This document shows positions 33,013 through 45,683 of a DNA stretch of 64,000 nt, piece by piece; position 1 is the first letter of the stretch, and each line of letters opens with the position of its first letter. The DNA comes from Takakia lepidozioides. Taxonomy: Eukaryota; Plantae; Bryophyta. The stretch is from contig CM060731.1 in assembly GCA_030704615.1 (NCBI GenBank), positions 49,972,001 through 50,036,000 of the forward strand, given 5' to 3'. Below the pieces are notes generated by a model. The model made no database searches and was not told the origin of the DNA. It worked only from the letters and a program-made list of their open reading frames with translations. The translations under genes were made by a program, and so were the position numbers.

Positions 33013-36000
33013 CTTCGTTGGTTTTGTAGCATGCAGGATTGCACATGTGCCGATTGCATACATTCGGTAGTCTCGATACGTCGCGCGCAAAGTCGGCATG
33101 AAATGTTTTAGAGTGAACATCGGGAGGTCTGGTAGTGCACGGATGGATTTGGTGTTTCCATTGTTTTCTTTGATGTCGGGGTCAATGGTAGTGGTTGGAA
33201 TGTTTTCGTCAACTGGTATTTCGGATTGAATTGGATCAAGTCGCGTACTATGATGCTGTCCAAATATGCCAACATTTTTCGTTTGAATTTTTCGTTGTCT
33301 TTCAGTTTTTGTACGAGTTCGTTTGGATTTGGGGCATTTTCTAGCCACAACAATGTGTGTATGTGAAGTGAACCATTTTTCGCCGTTTCGTAACAACCAT
33401 AATATGCGTTAATGTTCCCAAGTACTCCCGTATTTGTTGTGGAAGTTTTGGCGGTCTCTCTGACACGTAGTAGGTATTTAAAAACTGCGTTCACGATGAT
33501 GTGTACAAATTTAGCTTGAGATCTCGGATTCGTAGTGACAATTGCACGTCTTTCATTGAGGTCCGGGAGGTTTTCGTCGAAAAAAATGTCAAGATTGATG
33601 TCGTTCCCACTTAGCAGGGACACCAGAGGATGATGTACAAATGCTGGATTTAAAGTGAAGAATAAGCTTGGTGTTTCCAACTATTGCATCATGCTGAATA
33701 TTTTGTTTCTCTGTATTGCGCGGCTGCTTCCAGATGCCATCACTTGTTTACTTGATACTTTCAAGTGACGTAATAACTTTTGAATTTCTGGTTTGTTGTT
33801 TATTGTTGTCACGTCCTCTATTATGTCGTTGAAGTCTTCTGAACGGATTTGTTGAGGAGTTGTGCTTCACTTTGAAATGATGATCTCGACACTGTCAGTT
33901 TTGCGCCCAGACATATTTGTCTATGTTGCATCAGATTGAACATGAAGAATGGAAATAAGTGGTGTTTCGAAAAGTCGTGATGGATATCAGTGAGACTCAT
34001 CAAATATTCAACGTGGGCCTCTAAAGTTACTTTGATTGGACGGTTTTTCATTTCGGTTACGCCGATTCCAAACGGAAATAACGTTGAAAACATGCATGCG
34101 ATTAGTTTAGGGTTTGCGTATTCGTTGACCATTTCGGTTTCGTGCGTGTATGACAAGTACATGTTTTTGTTGTAGTTGCAATCCATTTAAAGCGCTGGAG
34201 ATTAGGTCGTCATGCTTTATGTCTATTCCGTCAAAATCGATGAGTCCGGAGGTGTCTATGACGGGCTAGATCGTATTGTAGTTTTTGTTGATTGGTGTTT
34301 TTTTGTTGTGCAAATCTGTTATGTTGGTACGATGTTCAGCGTTGGCGAAATCAATGTCAGTGGATTCAAACACCGATCTCAAGATTGATGGTGGAATATC
34401 GTTCTCTGGTAGTCCATCCAATATGTCGTTATCAATTTGAATGTCCTTGTAACCCGTGTGATTTTTTTTCAGCCACGTTAACCAGGTCGTTACTGCAAGT
34501 CTACGTACGTATAGCAAATTACATGTTTTTACGACATTAATGGGTGGATGTGAAGTGCCGACGAAGTGGACGGCGACCATATCGGATAATGAATCTAAGG
34601 GGGTGGCAATTTGTTCAACAATTCGATTGCACGGCCTGGATTTTGAGCAAAACTCACCAAATTTCCTCTCAATGCGCGTTGTCCCTTTCCGCCTTTATTT
34701 ATATATCGTAATTTGAACAACATCACATGACAACGGTATCTTGCTATTAATGCTTCTTTAACCATAGTTAACTTTGGCAAAATGTCGTGAACTTTTCCAA
34801 TCCACAAACCATTGGCGAGTGCAAATTTTGGCATCTTGTTCTTTTTCAAGGTGGAACTGCAGGTTTTGCAAATGAAGATGGTATGTGCAATATTTGATAC
34901 TCCTCGTTTGTCCAATAACAACCCATTTAATTCGTCCAACTGATGTTTTGTGTCATTAATCAATTCTTGAGGAACCTCTTCTAAGAGAACATGTTGTTCA
35001 AAGTGGTTTTCTACTTGTAGGCTTAGCCACTTTTTCATGTATTTTACGATGTCGCTTTGTAGTTCATCGATGTTCCATTTGAACATGTTAGAGGCTGCTA
35101 CGTCTCTGCTGCAAACACAACAATACTGATTAGTGAAAGTTGCATTGCTGATGTATTCGTTGAAGTTGGATAAACAAGACAAGTTGTTCTCCAAACATAT
35201 TTATGGTGGGAACAGATTATTCTTTGGTGTTTTTGCAGGAGCGCAATACATTTGTTGTCGTTTTGTTTTGAGTTTTTCCTTCTCATCATTTTCGTTTGCG
35301 AATATATTTTCGAATTTGTGTAACACATGTTTGATCTTTGATCAATGGATCTTGGTCTTTATGGAATCTGTATTTTGCCCTTCGTTTGGCTTTTGTCTTT
35401 TCTTGATCGGAAGTTAATGGAGATTCGATTTCCGTGGCTTGTTGATTTTGGATCAATGGATATTGGGTTTTTTGAAATGCGTATTTTTCACGTCTTTTGG
35501 CATTTGTCTCTTTCGGATCGGGAGTCGGTTGAGATTCTATTTTTGTGGTTTGTTGTGGTTTTTCAAATCTGTATTTTTCCCTTCGTTTAGTATTTGTTTC
35601 ATCTCGATCTATTGTTATGGTTTGTGGTGGATTTTTTATTCTATAATTTTCCCTTCGTTTAGCATTTGTTTGGTCTGGATCCGGTTCCGTGGTTTGTTGT
35701 GGATTTTCAACTCTATAATTTTCCCTTCGTTTAGCATTTGTTTGGTCTGGATCCGGTTCCGTGGTTTGTTGTGGATTTTCGACTCTATAATTTTCCCTTC
35801 GTTTAGCATTTGTTTGGTCTGGATCCGGTTCCGTGGTTTGTTGTGGATTTTCGACTCTATAATTTTCCCTTCGTTCAGCATTTGTTTGGTCTGGATCTGG
35901 TTCTGTGGTTTGTTGTGGATGTTCAACTCTGTATTTTTGCTTTCGTTTAGCATTTGTTTCGTTTAATTTTTCTTTGTTTAAAGCATATTTTCTCCGTCTC

Positions 36001-36026
36001 TTAGCATTAGCAAGTTGTCTATCCAT
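33013..36026 (-). pseudogene. Helitron RepHel 5' part (repeat-rich N-terminus, DUF6570-like region, Rep/HUH)
   Basis: CCVC...CKTC...PKFALANGLWIG; LFPFGIG; PSLFFTLNP (motif 1); YETAKNGSLHIHTLLW (HUH motif 2); H-C-C then CRYGFP continuing across the gypsy insertion. Confidence 0.88.
35580..35960 (-). repeat. 72-bp coding tandem repeat (TNAKRRENYRVENPQQTTEPDPDQ)n
   Basis: Units start at 35651, 35723, 35795 and 35867, with degenerate flanking copies. Confidence 0.9.
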
Positions 36027-36229
36027 ATTAAACTTACGTTATACACGTAAGTTTTTTTTAATAAATAAATAATATTATTTATGTATACATTGGTATTTTT
36101 TATAGAATTAATAATGACCGTCCATGTAATGGAGATTTAGCTATTTGGAGCGAAATTTACCAATGGAAAGATAGTAAGGTGAAGGAAAATTTCAGGGGAT
36201 AAAAAGAGAGTTTGAGAGTAATAAGAGAG

Positions 36230-37325
36230 TTTGAGTCTCCTGGATGAAAGAGGAAAAATTAAAAAGAAAAGATAATAAAGGTTTTAATCCCGCATTCTCC
36301 CCCATCGGACTGGGCTTGAATCCCCTAGTGATGTTGCAAGATATGGGTGAGAGGAAAAATAAAAATAAAAGATAATAAAGGTTTCAAACCCGTCCGGCTC
36401 TCCCTCCTCGGAGAGAGTTAGAGTGCCTAGATAAAAATAGTTTCAGAACTGTCAGTCTGCCCCACCGGACTTTGAGCATGTGGTCGTATATCGGCGGGCA
36501 AAGATTGGATATTTTCTGCACTTCAGAGGACCACACTTTGGCTTCTTTGAAAGAGGACTTCGGACGCGATCCAGTGAGACAAACTCTAATTTTATTTATA
36601 GAATGGGGTTTCGGTCTCCGGGAGGAAAGAGGAAAATAAAAAGAAAAAGATAATAAAAATTTCAAACCCGGCTGGCTCTCCCTCTTCGGAGAGAGTTTGA
36701 GTGCCCAGATAAAAATAGTTTCAGAACCGCCATTCTTCCCCACGGGACTGGGCTCGAATCCCCTAGTGAAGTTGCAAGATATTTGAGAGAGGAAAAAAAA
36801 AAAAAAAAAGATAATAAAGGTTTCAAATTCCCCCGGCTCTGCCTCTTCGGAGAGAGTTCGAGTCCCCAGATAAAAATTGTTTCAAATCCGCCATTCTCCC
36901 CCACCGGACTGGGCTCGAATCCCCTAGTGATGCTGCAAGATAGGGTCGGTGCAAGGTGGATTGTTCTATTAATGTAACAAGCCTTTGAAGGACTTTGAGC
37001 CTACGCTAGTATATCGGCGGGGAAAGATTGGATATTTTCTGCACCTCAAAGGATATGGGAGAGATGATAAATAAAAAGGAAAAAAAAAATAAAGGTTTCA
37101 AACCCCCCCGGCTCTGCCTCTTTGGAGAGAGTTCGAGCCCCCAGATAAAAGTATTTCAGAACCGCCATTCTCCCCCACATGACTGGGCTCGAATCCCCTA
37201 GTGATGCTGCAAGATTTGGTCGGTGCAAGGTGGATTGTTATATTAATCTTACAAGTCTTGGAAGGACTTTGAGCCTGCGATGGTATATCGGCTAGCAAAG
37301 ATTGGATGATTTGTTGCAGCCTGAA
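36230..37325. repeat. Degenerate tandem repeats (~180-280 bp units) upstream of the Helitron ORF
   Basis: Recurring gataataaaggtttcaaacccg...ggagagagtt...ctgggctcgaatcccctagtgatg..gcaagat blocks. Confidence 0.85.
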
Positions 37326-37799
37326 TGATCATCCCACCCAACTATAACTATTAGGTTCCACACATGAAATGTCTAAGGAAGGCTAAATATGTCAGTTTTT
37401 TCAAGAATGATGGAAATTTTGAGTTCATGATTTGAAGAGTGGTTAGCGGAGGAATCGAAACATTCGGAACAAGTTGTGAATTGCTTGTTGTAAAACTTCT
37501 ATTGTAATTTTTATCAACATACAGTTGTTTCTTTTTATATAACATGGAACATTGGAATATATAAATATTGAGAGGTTACACAAACAATTTCGTTGAAATG
37601 ACATGTGTATGACTCACTCATATGCAATTTAGTATTCACAATGATAAAATGATCAAAATTCACTTTTGTTTTGGAAACTGTATTATACTACGCCCACAAA
37701 ACTAGTATGTATGAAACTATGGTCTATTCCATCCTGTAGACGTCTTGGGGCTCTACCCAACTGAATGGTTTGTTCATGAAGCGGAACACTACTTGGGCT

Positions 37800-38882
37800 A
37801 ATGTGAGCCTTTCAGACAGGACCGTGCTATTATATAACCTTCATAGGGCAGAATTCCAACATAGTCTTGTGTATTGATCCTTGAAAAGACTGGCATCATA
37901 CGAATCGCCGCCATTTATTCTTACCACCCGAGGTCATGTCCCGTGTCTGCATTTGTGGTGTGTCATCCACCTGACTGTTTTCCTTGTTAAAAGCCATGGC
38001 AATTGGAGGTTCCACCCACCATCTACATTTGAGAGTCTGCGTCATTTTGTCTTTGTTTTCAAACTGGTACGACGAGGTTTTGCGTATCTCTGTTGAGGTG
38101 GCCAACCCCCAATCACACACTCCAATCTTAATCTCCTCGGTGACATGTGGAAAAGGCAACAAGATGTTGTTGGGGGACAAGTTGTTGTGTTTGACATGGT
38201 TCTTATGAACAACATCCATAATGCTCACAAGTGCCCATGCAAGTTTACTGCGCTTTCTCCGGAAACGAACCAAGCGATCGGTTGCCTGATACTATTCTTC
38301 TGTTCCTGGTTGTCTTTCAATCTTTTTGTTGTCCCAATCACTGCCCCATTTTTTGTCAAGCTTCAACATATCACTTATTGTTCTCCCATTCCACCAGCGA
38401 ATATAACCCTCTAGCTCAGTTGCATTCACAACAAAATATGTAATGACTCCCGCATGCTGTAATCTCACTGCCAAAGACTCGTCGTTATGTTGCCTCACCG
38501 CAACTTCTGGGTTTTTGGCTTTGGGTGTTTTCCCTGTTAGCTCCCAATTACAGGGTATTCGTGAATCGCCAACAATCCTACATTTACGAATCCTGGCATA
38601 TCCTCTTTCTTTGTAGGGGCCAAGTTGTTGGACCTGAGCACTTGTGTTTACATAAATAAGACTTATTGTGCTTCCTCCACTTGATGCTGCCGCTTTCCAA
38701 GGGACTAACCTAGTCTGGTGATGTGCATTGGTGCTTGCTGAATGCGCCCACCAGTCGACAAGTTGGTATAACTCGGTTTCCCAGCTAGGCACCCGACCTT
38801 TGGTTGTTTTATCCTTCCATGTACTCATTACCTGCCTCAAATTCCACGTGGCGTCTTTTGCCCTACTTTCAAGCCAATGCAA
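37800..38882 (-). pseudogene. Degenerate protein kinase-like ORF
   Basis: ERGYARIRK (Gly loop remnant), GKTPK, HKNHVKHNNLSPNNILL (catalytic loop), VCDWGLA (DFG equivalent), WWVEP. Stops and frameshift. Confidence 0.7.
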
Positions 38883-39569
38883 GAATTTCGGTTTGTTCTT
38901 ATCCTCCGTCCACTGATCTCCAGCTCTCTTATTCTCCTCTCCATATTTTGCTGAAAAATACGAAACCCGTCGTGTCCATGCCGGACATAAGAACTTTGAA
39001 GCCTCATAATGTCTTTTTCTTTGAAATAATCAAATATAATTCTTTTAACTTTATCTAAAGCCTCTCGTCCCGGGTAGTGTTGCTTGTTGACATGGCTATC
39101 TCGCTCGTGGGCATGTTTTCTCTTCCTCCGACCCCTAGACAATGACCCCGGCCCAGTATCAAAGTTTGCAAAACGTTTGCCCACTGCAAGGGATGGGGGA
39201 AAAAAATATATAATATGTGTCTGGATGTTATCTTGATATTTTCTGCAAAAACGGGTCACATGAGATCTTAAAACGACAAATGGAACGGTGAATAGGGGTT
39301 GAACAACTGTGGGACTGACCCAATTAAAAATCGACAAAACTTCTCGCTCCCAAAATAAACACCTTTGCACACGTTGGCAGTGCCACGCAACGAAGTCCGA
39401 AGACTACAGGAAGTCAAGGAACCGCACTCCCGGAGGAGCAAAAGTGATCATAAAGTGGAGGGAGATGTTTGGTGAAAGCGCTTTGCCCAGTACATCAATA
39501 TATGAAGCAAGGCACCGAAGAGATGAAAGCGCTTCGCCCAGTACATCAATATATGAAGCAAGACAATTT

Positions 39570-42280
39570 GTTTGTTTGTTTTGTTTTGTTTTGTTTTGTT
39601 GTGTAGCGTTGAGATGTCCCAAGCCATGGGGCCCAGCCCTGGTGCTTGGTACCATTGGAAAGCCCTCGCTGAGGAAGGTGCACCGACTTGGTCTCATGAT
39701 TTTTGGACCTACGGTGTGGGAGATGTTGAATTTTGGTCGCTAGAAATTCGCAGGAAAGTGGGCTTTATGATTGGAGCCTCGACAAGAGATCTACCAATAA
39801 TGATTAGATATATACTACTCAAAATCCATGGAAAAAAATCAAATTGGGTCTTGACATGGTATACATACTTGGATCCATAAGAGATTGCACTTGGGCTTAG
39901 ATGACACTAGATGTGCTTGGGCCTCTACATGGGAGATGCACTTGAATACATGAATAGAAGATTGCACTTGGGCTTAGATGGGCCTCAACATAGGAGACAC
40001 ACTTGGATACATACAAAACTGCATTTGGTCTTAGATTTCAATTCTTCACACATCAGCCAATGGCATAAGCTACACTAGAGGTCACACTTGGGCCTCGACA
40101 TAAGAGCAGGAATGCTAGATCGTGAGCCTGGAGGCGAGAGCCCAGCAAGGCTCACGCCATGTCATGTCTTTAAAAAAAAAAAAAAACTGGACTTATTTCC
40201 GCGTGGTGTGCCTATTTCCGTGGAATGAATTTGCATAGCCAGCCATTACAAACTCCATCTTTATCATCCATTGCACCTTTATTATCTCTGAAATGCCTGG
40301 CAAAAAGCTGAAGTTATTAGCCTTTGCGGCACGACAGAGAAGGAGATGGAGCTGCATCACTTGGGCACTTGGGCCAATGACACAGGCTACCCTAGATGTT
40401 GCACTTGGGTCTCAACATAGGAGACGCTCTTGGATACATAGGGGATTGCACTTGGACTTAGCTGATGACACTGGATACTTGGGCCAACGGCACACGCTAC
40501 CCTAGTCAATATGTGAAGTGAGCCGGTTTGTTTGTTTTGTTTTGTTTTGTTTGTTTGTTGTGTAGCGTTGAGATCTCCCAAACCGCGGGGCCCCAACCTT
40601 GGTGCTTGGTACCGTTGGAAAGCCCTCGATGAGGAGGGGTGCACCGACTTGGTCTCATGATTTTTGGACCTGCGGTGTGGGAGATGTGGAATTTCAAGTA
40701 CTTTTAGTCGCCATAAATTCGGGAAAATTAGCAAAGTGGGCTTTCCTCGACAATGATTGGAGCCTCGACATGAGATATATCAATAATGATTGGATATATT
40801 ACTACTCAATAAATTTATGACAAAAATTAAATTGGGCCTTGACATGGGAAACGAACTTGGATACATAAAAGATTGCAAACACGGAATTTCAAGTGCTTTT
40901 GGTCGTTGGAAATTCGTGAAAAATAGCAAAGTGGGCTTTCCTGCAACAATGATTGGCCCTTCATTTGTCTTTTGTGCATGTGGACGTAAATGTCAATTGG
41001 TTTTTTAAAAAAAAAATTACGTTCACAATATTGTTTGTAGTGTCATTGAGATCTCCCAAACCGCAGGGCCTTTGGCTACGATTTTAGTACCGTTGGAAAG
41101 CCCTCGATGAGGAGGGGTGCACCGACTTGGTTCCACAAAATTTGGACCTTGTTATAGGGCTGTCTGGGACTTAGACAATTTTACGAGATCTGTGGGGTAC
41201 CCTTAATTTTGCGCAGACTTACGAATGGTAGACTCAGACCAACAGAGGCCTTAGGGGTGACAAACACAGGCCTTAGGGGTGGTAGGCAGGCTCACACAGT
41301 CAATCACAGGCTTACACAGCCTATTATAGTCAGTCACAGCCTTACACAACCTTACATAGCCTATCACAACCTATCACAGCCCGACACAGCCAGCCACAGC
41401 CCGACACAGCCAGTCACAGCTCGGCACAGTCACAGCCCGACACAGCTTGGCACAGCTCGTCACAGCGTTCACAGGGAACGGTTATCATTGGCAGGGAACG
41501 ATTGTGTGGGAACGACATCTGCAGAAGGAACGTGCATTCTGTCTTGGATGACAGTTAGTTAGTTAGGCGGTTAGAACAACTTGCAGGTAGAATAGACAGA
41601 GTAGCAACATGGAGGGGGTCACTTCTTGGAGCACTTCTTGGACGTCACTTCTGAGATCACTTCTTGGACATCACTTGAGGAGATCAAGCGGAGAGCACGA
41701 TCTTGGAGCACAGGGATGGAGATTACACAGATGAGGAGATACGATGAGATGATGCTTGATTCATGCAAGCTGTAGAAATGCACTGTAGAGCAGATTAGAG
41801 ACACCATGGCTTCGCCCTGATACATGATAGATATTAATATGATTCATATTTCATACTGACATCGTGTAGAGAGATATGAGTGAAGTTGTGGAATGAATGC
41901 TTGAGTAGATGAAACATGGTAGATTGCAGAAGCAATCTGATACTTAATTATAGACAGTAAGGTAACTTGTTAACATGAATGCGAGAAGGAATACAAATAT
42001 GAAGCACCCCCATGATACACTAGTTGTAGGTCATAACTGATTGTTCTGAGAGGGCTGAGTACTTAGAGATTTCCAACTCTTCTATCTTGGAGTTTCCACC
42101 TCGGATAGCTAAGGGATGGGTGAGTAAAAGCCGCTCGACAGACCTACGGGCCGAGACTTGTGGAATTATAAATAATTTTGGTCGTTGAAAACTCAACTAA
42201 ATTACAAAATTAAGTGCTAGAATGACAAAGGAGGTCGCACTTAGGCCTATACATGGAAGTTACACTTGGATACATTCATA
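39570..42280. repeat. Three dispersed/tandem copies of a ~0.5-1 kb repeat unit
   Basis: ttgagat.tccca...ttggaaagccctcg.tgagga.ggtgcaccgacttgg at ~39610, ~40568 and ~41046. The third copy is split by the solo LTR. Confidence 0.8.
41150..42140 (+). mobile_element. Solo LTR related to the 20502-33007 gypsy family
   Basis: TGTTA...CGACA, TSD GACCT (41145-41149, 42141-42145), diverged reverse-complement homology to the gypsy LTRs including the cacagc minisatellite. Confidence 0.93.
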
Positions 42281-42284
42281 ACCT

Positions 42285-44215
42285 GCTTGGTCACCTGGTG
42301 GGTCACGAATTGTCAGACTGGCAACGATGTGATGTGGTGCTCTCGAAACTTAAATGGAAGCTTTCGTATTGGAGCTCCCTTCACTTGTCAATCACAGGAA
42401 GGGCCCATCAAGTTCTTTTGGCCTCTACTTGATTTGTTGCTTCAGTTTGGTCCCCTGGCTCTTCAATCATTAGGCAGATTTAGTCCATGGTCCAAGGGTA
42501 CTTATGAATCTTTCCGCACCTTGGAGTTTAATAGTCAGATGTCGCATCCTTGATGCTCATCCTGTTTCTGGCTCTTGGCCGTAGTCTCTGAGATGGATTG
42601 TTGCAGATGTTCGAACTTCCAGAGCTAAGGCTATTTGGCTCTAAAGCTTGGCAGTCTATTTGGGCAGCCTGGCTGCGTGTGAGATCTAAGAAGTGGGGCT
42701 TTTGGGAGCAAGCTCGTATTTGTCACTTTTGGGAGTCTGGTGCTCTCCTTCCTAAGACTTTAGCCTATCTCTGCGAAGAGCTGCAGCTTGGGATTCCATC
42801 GTCATGGAGTTCCCTCCTCGTTGGTTCTCCATCTGTTCTCTTCCGACGAATCGTCGGCAGCTCCCAGCATGGCTGGGAGGAAGTGACCGCAGTTCCACAC
42901 TTTGGCTTTCTATGCTACATCGCGTTCCCTTCATTTCTTCATGGTTGGAAATTCAAAGTTGACCCTGATGGTTCTCTGCATTCCCCGTGTTGCTGTATGC
43001 AATTAGAATCGGAACTCTATGCTATCAGAGTTTTCTGCGCTGCTTCTGGTAAATGTGACCCGATACCTCCAATTAACATGATGCATTATGATGATTCTTT
43101 TACCTGGTTCCTATCTGCTCCTCTGCAGCTTTTGCAGTTCGATCCCGTAGAATGGCATTGGATGTCCAACTTGGATCACGCCCCCTTCTTTTGGTACTCT
43201 ATGAAACTTGGTTACTCCCTTTTAAGGCCGCCCATTGTTTTGTTACCAAGTGGAACTCTAAATGGAGGCACCTGCCTTCCCTTCCTCGAAACTGGCAGAC
43301 CATGTGGAAGGACATTTGAAGTAAGGACAGAGTAGCTAAGCTTTCTGGGTTCTTATGGAAATTGGTCAAATAGAACTCTCCATGTTTTTGAATTCATTCC
43401 TAACTCGCCTGCCCACTGCTCTGTGTGTAGCTCGGGGCAAAATCTGAGTCTATAGAGCATTGTCTAGTGCTCTGTCCTTTGGCTTCTTTCATCTGGAACC
43501 TTGTCTGCAGATTCTACCAACCCCGGAATTCGAATGTCCCCCTGCAATTGACTGTGTTGCTACTGAATTTGCATGATGGAGCTCTATGGAGCTTATGCCC
43601 GGTTTGGGCAGCCCTGGGTTCATACACTTTGGAACATATGGATATGCAGATGTTCCTTGGTTTTTAGAGGAGTGCAACCTTGCGTAAAACAGTTGCTGCA
43701 CAGAGTTCACTCAGACATTATGTCTAAATCTCGGAAACGTGGCGGGTTTTGTGTGTAGCTGCTGTTAGACGTGCGGATGGAAAGAGAATGCAGTTACTAT
43801 ATCGCTATGATAACTCTTGGGGAAAAGGCCGACACCTCTGCACAAGAACCTCTCAATCAACAATTATCTGGAATGACTTCCCGCCATGTTGGCAGTTCAA
43901 CTAGCGTTCGGCAGTCCATGGAGCCTGAAGAATCGGACGTGAACTGGCGCCACAAACGTCTTAGGAAGGACAAATCCGAGGCCCACATGCCCACATTTCT
44001 TTCGATTCTACCATACGCTAGATCACCTCCCATCTTTAATCCTAACCCCCCTCTGCAGAACCTGCTTAACTTTTTGCTGTCCCGTCTGTTTTCTTGGTCT
44101 CGGGGCAGTGTCCCTTTCTTCATCCTTAATGCTTATATTTCGAGGTAATTTTTTCCTCATCTTTCTTAAATCTCCAGGGCCATTGTCCCCTGTTCTTCAT
44201 AATAATAATAATAAC
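42285..44215 (+). mobile_element. 5'-truncated LINE (L1-like) remnant
   Basis: Trp-rich ORF2 C-terminus, zf-RVT-like CSVC...ESIEHCLVLCP..SFIW (~43415-43500), ends in an (AAT)n tail at 44199-44213. Confidence 0.7.
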
Positions 44216-44305
44216 AATGCAGATTCTGATGGGGACCAGATGGTCGTCCACATACCTTTATCTGCAAAAGTGCAAGCAGAAGCTTGTTCCCCTATGCTTT
44301 CTCAT
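44216..44305 (+). pseudogene. rpoC1: rpoC1-like fragment (probable nuclear plastid DNA insert)
   Basis: NADSDGDQMVVHIPLSAKVQAEACSPMLSH versus the RpoC1 consensus [30 protein letters not shown]. Confidence 0.75.
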
Positions 44306-44371
44306 TAGAAACAGGAAATATTGTTTTAAAGTCTTGGACTCTAGATGCAATGTAAGCTTTTAATCTGGGAG

Positions 44372-44552
44372 AGATAAGATAAGATAAAGTTTCTTTAACG
44401 TCCAGTGAATTTACAGAGCCTACTGCTCAACACACAGGCCATCCAGGGCCCAATGGACGGTCTGAAGGCACATGTTGAAGGATTGATTGAACCCAGGATC
44501 ACCTAGGTTATGCACAGGCAAGGCACAAACACCCAACCACTGGGCTACCAGC
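44372..44552 (-). mobile_element. tRNA-derived SINE
   Basis: A-box TAGCCCAGTGG (44537-44547), B-box GGTTCAATC (44485-44493), (TTATC)n tail at 44372-44388. Confidence 0.65.
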
Positions 44553-45683
44553 TCAAGTGCAGGTGTAAAAAGCCTTATGGCCAAAAGTCGAAGTCCAAAA
44601 TAGAAAAGAAATCTTTATGTAAGTCCTCTTCATGGGAGCCTAGCTCTAGCTCTTATCATTTTATGACCGAACCTTCTTGTCATCTACTTCGCTGTAGCCT
44701 GTAAGTACCCAACAGCTTGGACCAAGGCGATCCAGCCATAGGGTCAGCAGCTGGGTTGGCATCACCATGGATGATTGGAAGGGATGAGGACAAGACAGCG
44801 ACCTCATGAAAACACCCTTCCATTCTCAAAAAATCAAAAGCTACAAGAGCAGCGAAAAAGAGATGCAATGGACAGAGAAAGACCTTCACAATTATCTTCT
44901 AGGCCAATCTGCATTAAAGATTAATACAACCGTCCCAAAAAGTTAATGTTTGTATCTTGTTTCCATAGCTGGTCCAACAGTGAAGTCAACACAGCCTAAA
45001 CGCCACTCGTTTTGACAAGAACGCCCTTGGCAAAGGAAAATGCTCCATTCTTTCTTGACTGGTTTGAAGTGGCCCTAAAATCAGGTCAGGAGGAACATCA
45101 TCTAAGCTTTGCGTACAGTTTACAGCTCCTCAAAAAAAGGCTTTACTGGCTACGACCAAACACTTAAGTTTCAGTATGTACAAGATATTATTTACATTTG
45201 CTCATATCCAAAATTTCTGGACGGACAATTGTTTGTAGGACCCACTGACCAGCATCAAAGCTGGATATAATAGTCTTAACTCGAGCCCTTCGTCCGTAGA
45301 AGGACCTTCTGCAAGAGAGGACGGTACTGAAAGGAGACGCCCAGAAATGCCCATAACTGGGTGCACAGAAACCACTGAAGAGAGTTTCAATCTTCAGACC
45401 ATACAACTCAGGCCATGAAGCGTGCCCTGCAGATAGACAAGAATGGAGGAATCCGGCAACCTGCACAAAATCACTGATGAACACAAGTGTCTGAGACACC
45501 TTGTTCCTCCAAGAATCAGAGACACGTACAGTAATCCTAAAGTGGAAAAATGATCCTTCATTCATGCCATGTCTAAAACAGAAGAGTTCAAGGCCCCGGT
45601 CTTACCTAAAGGCACAAGATGGAAGAGTGTCTTGGTGATTGTTCAAAAAGGTGCAGAATCGATATTGTAATTTGCCAAAAGGA

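Noticed and set aside
35580-35960. Regular repeats as a CRISPR-like array
   Set aside because: Head-to-tail 72-bp units with no unique spacers; in-frame coding repeat of the Helitron ORF; eukaryotic context.
36300-37210. GGCTCGAATCCC motifs as tRNA genes
   Set aside because: Only a T-arm-like word inside tandem repeats; no A box or cloverleaf.
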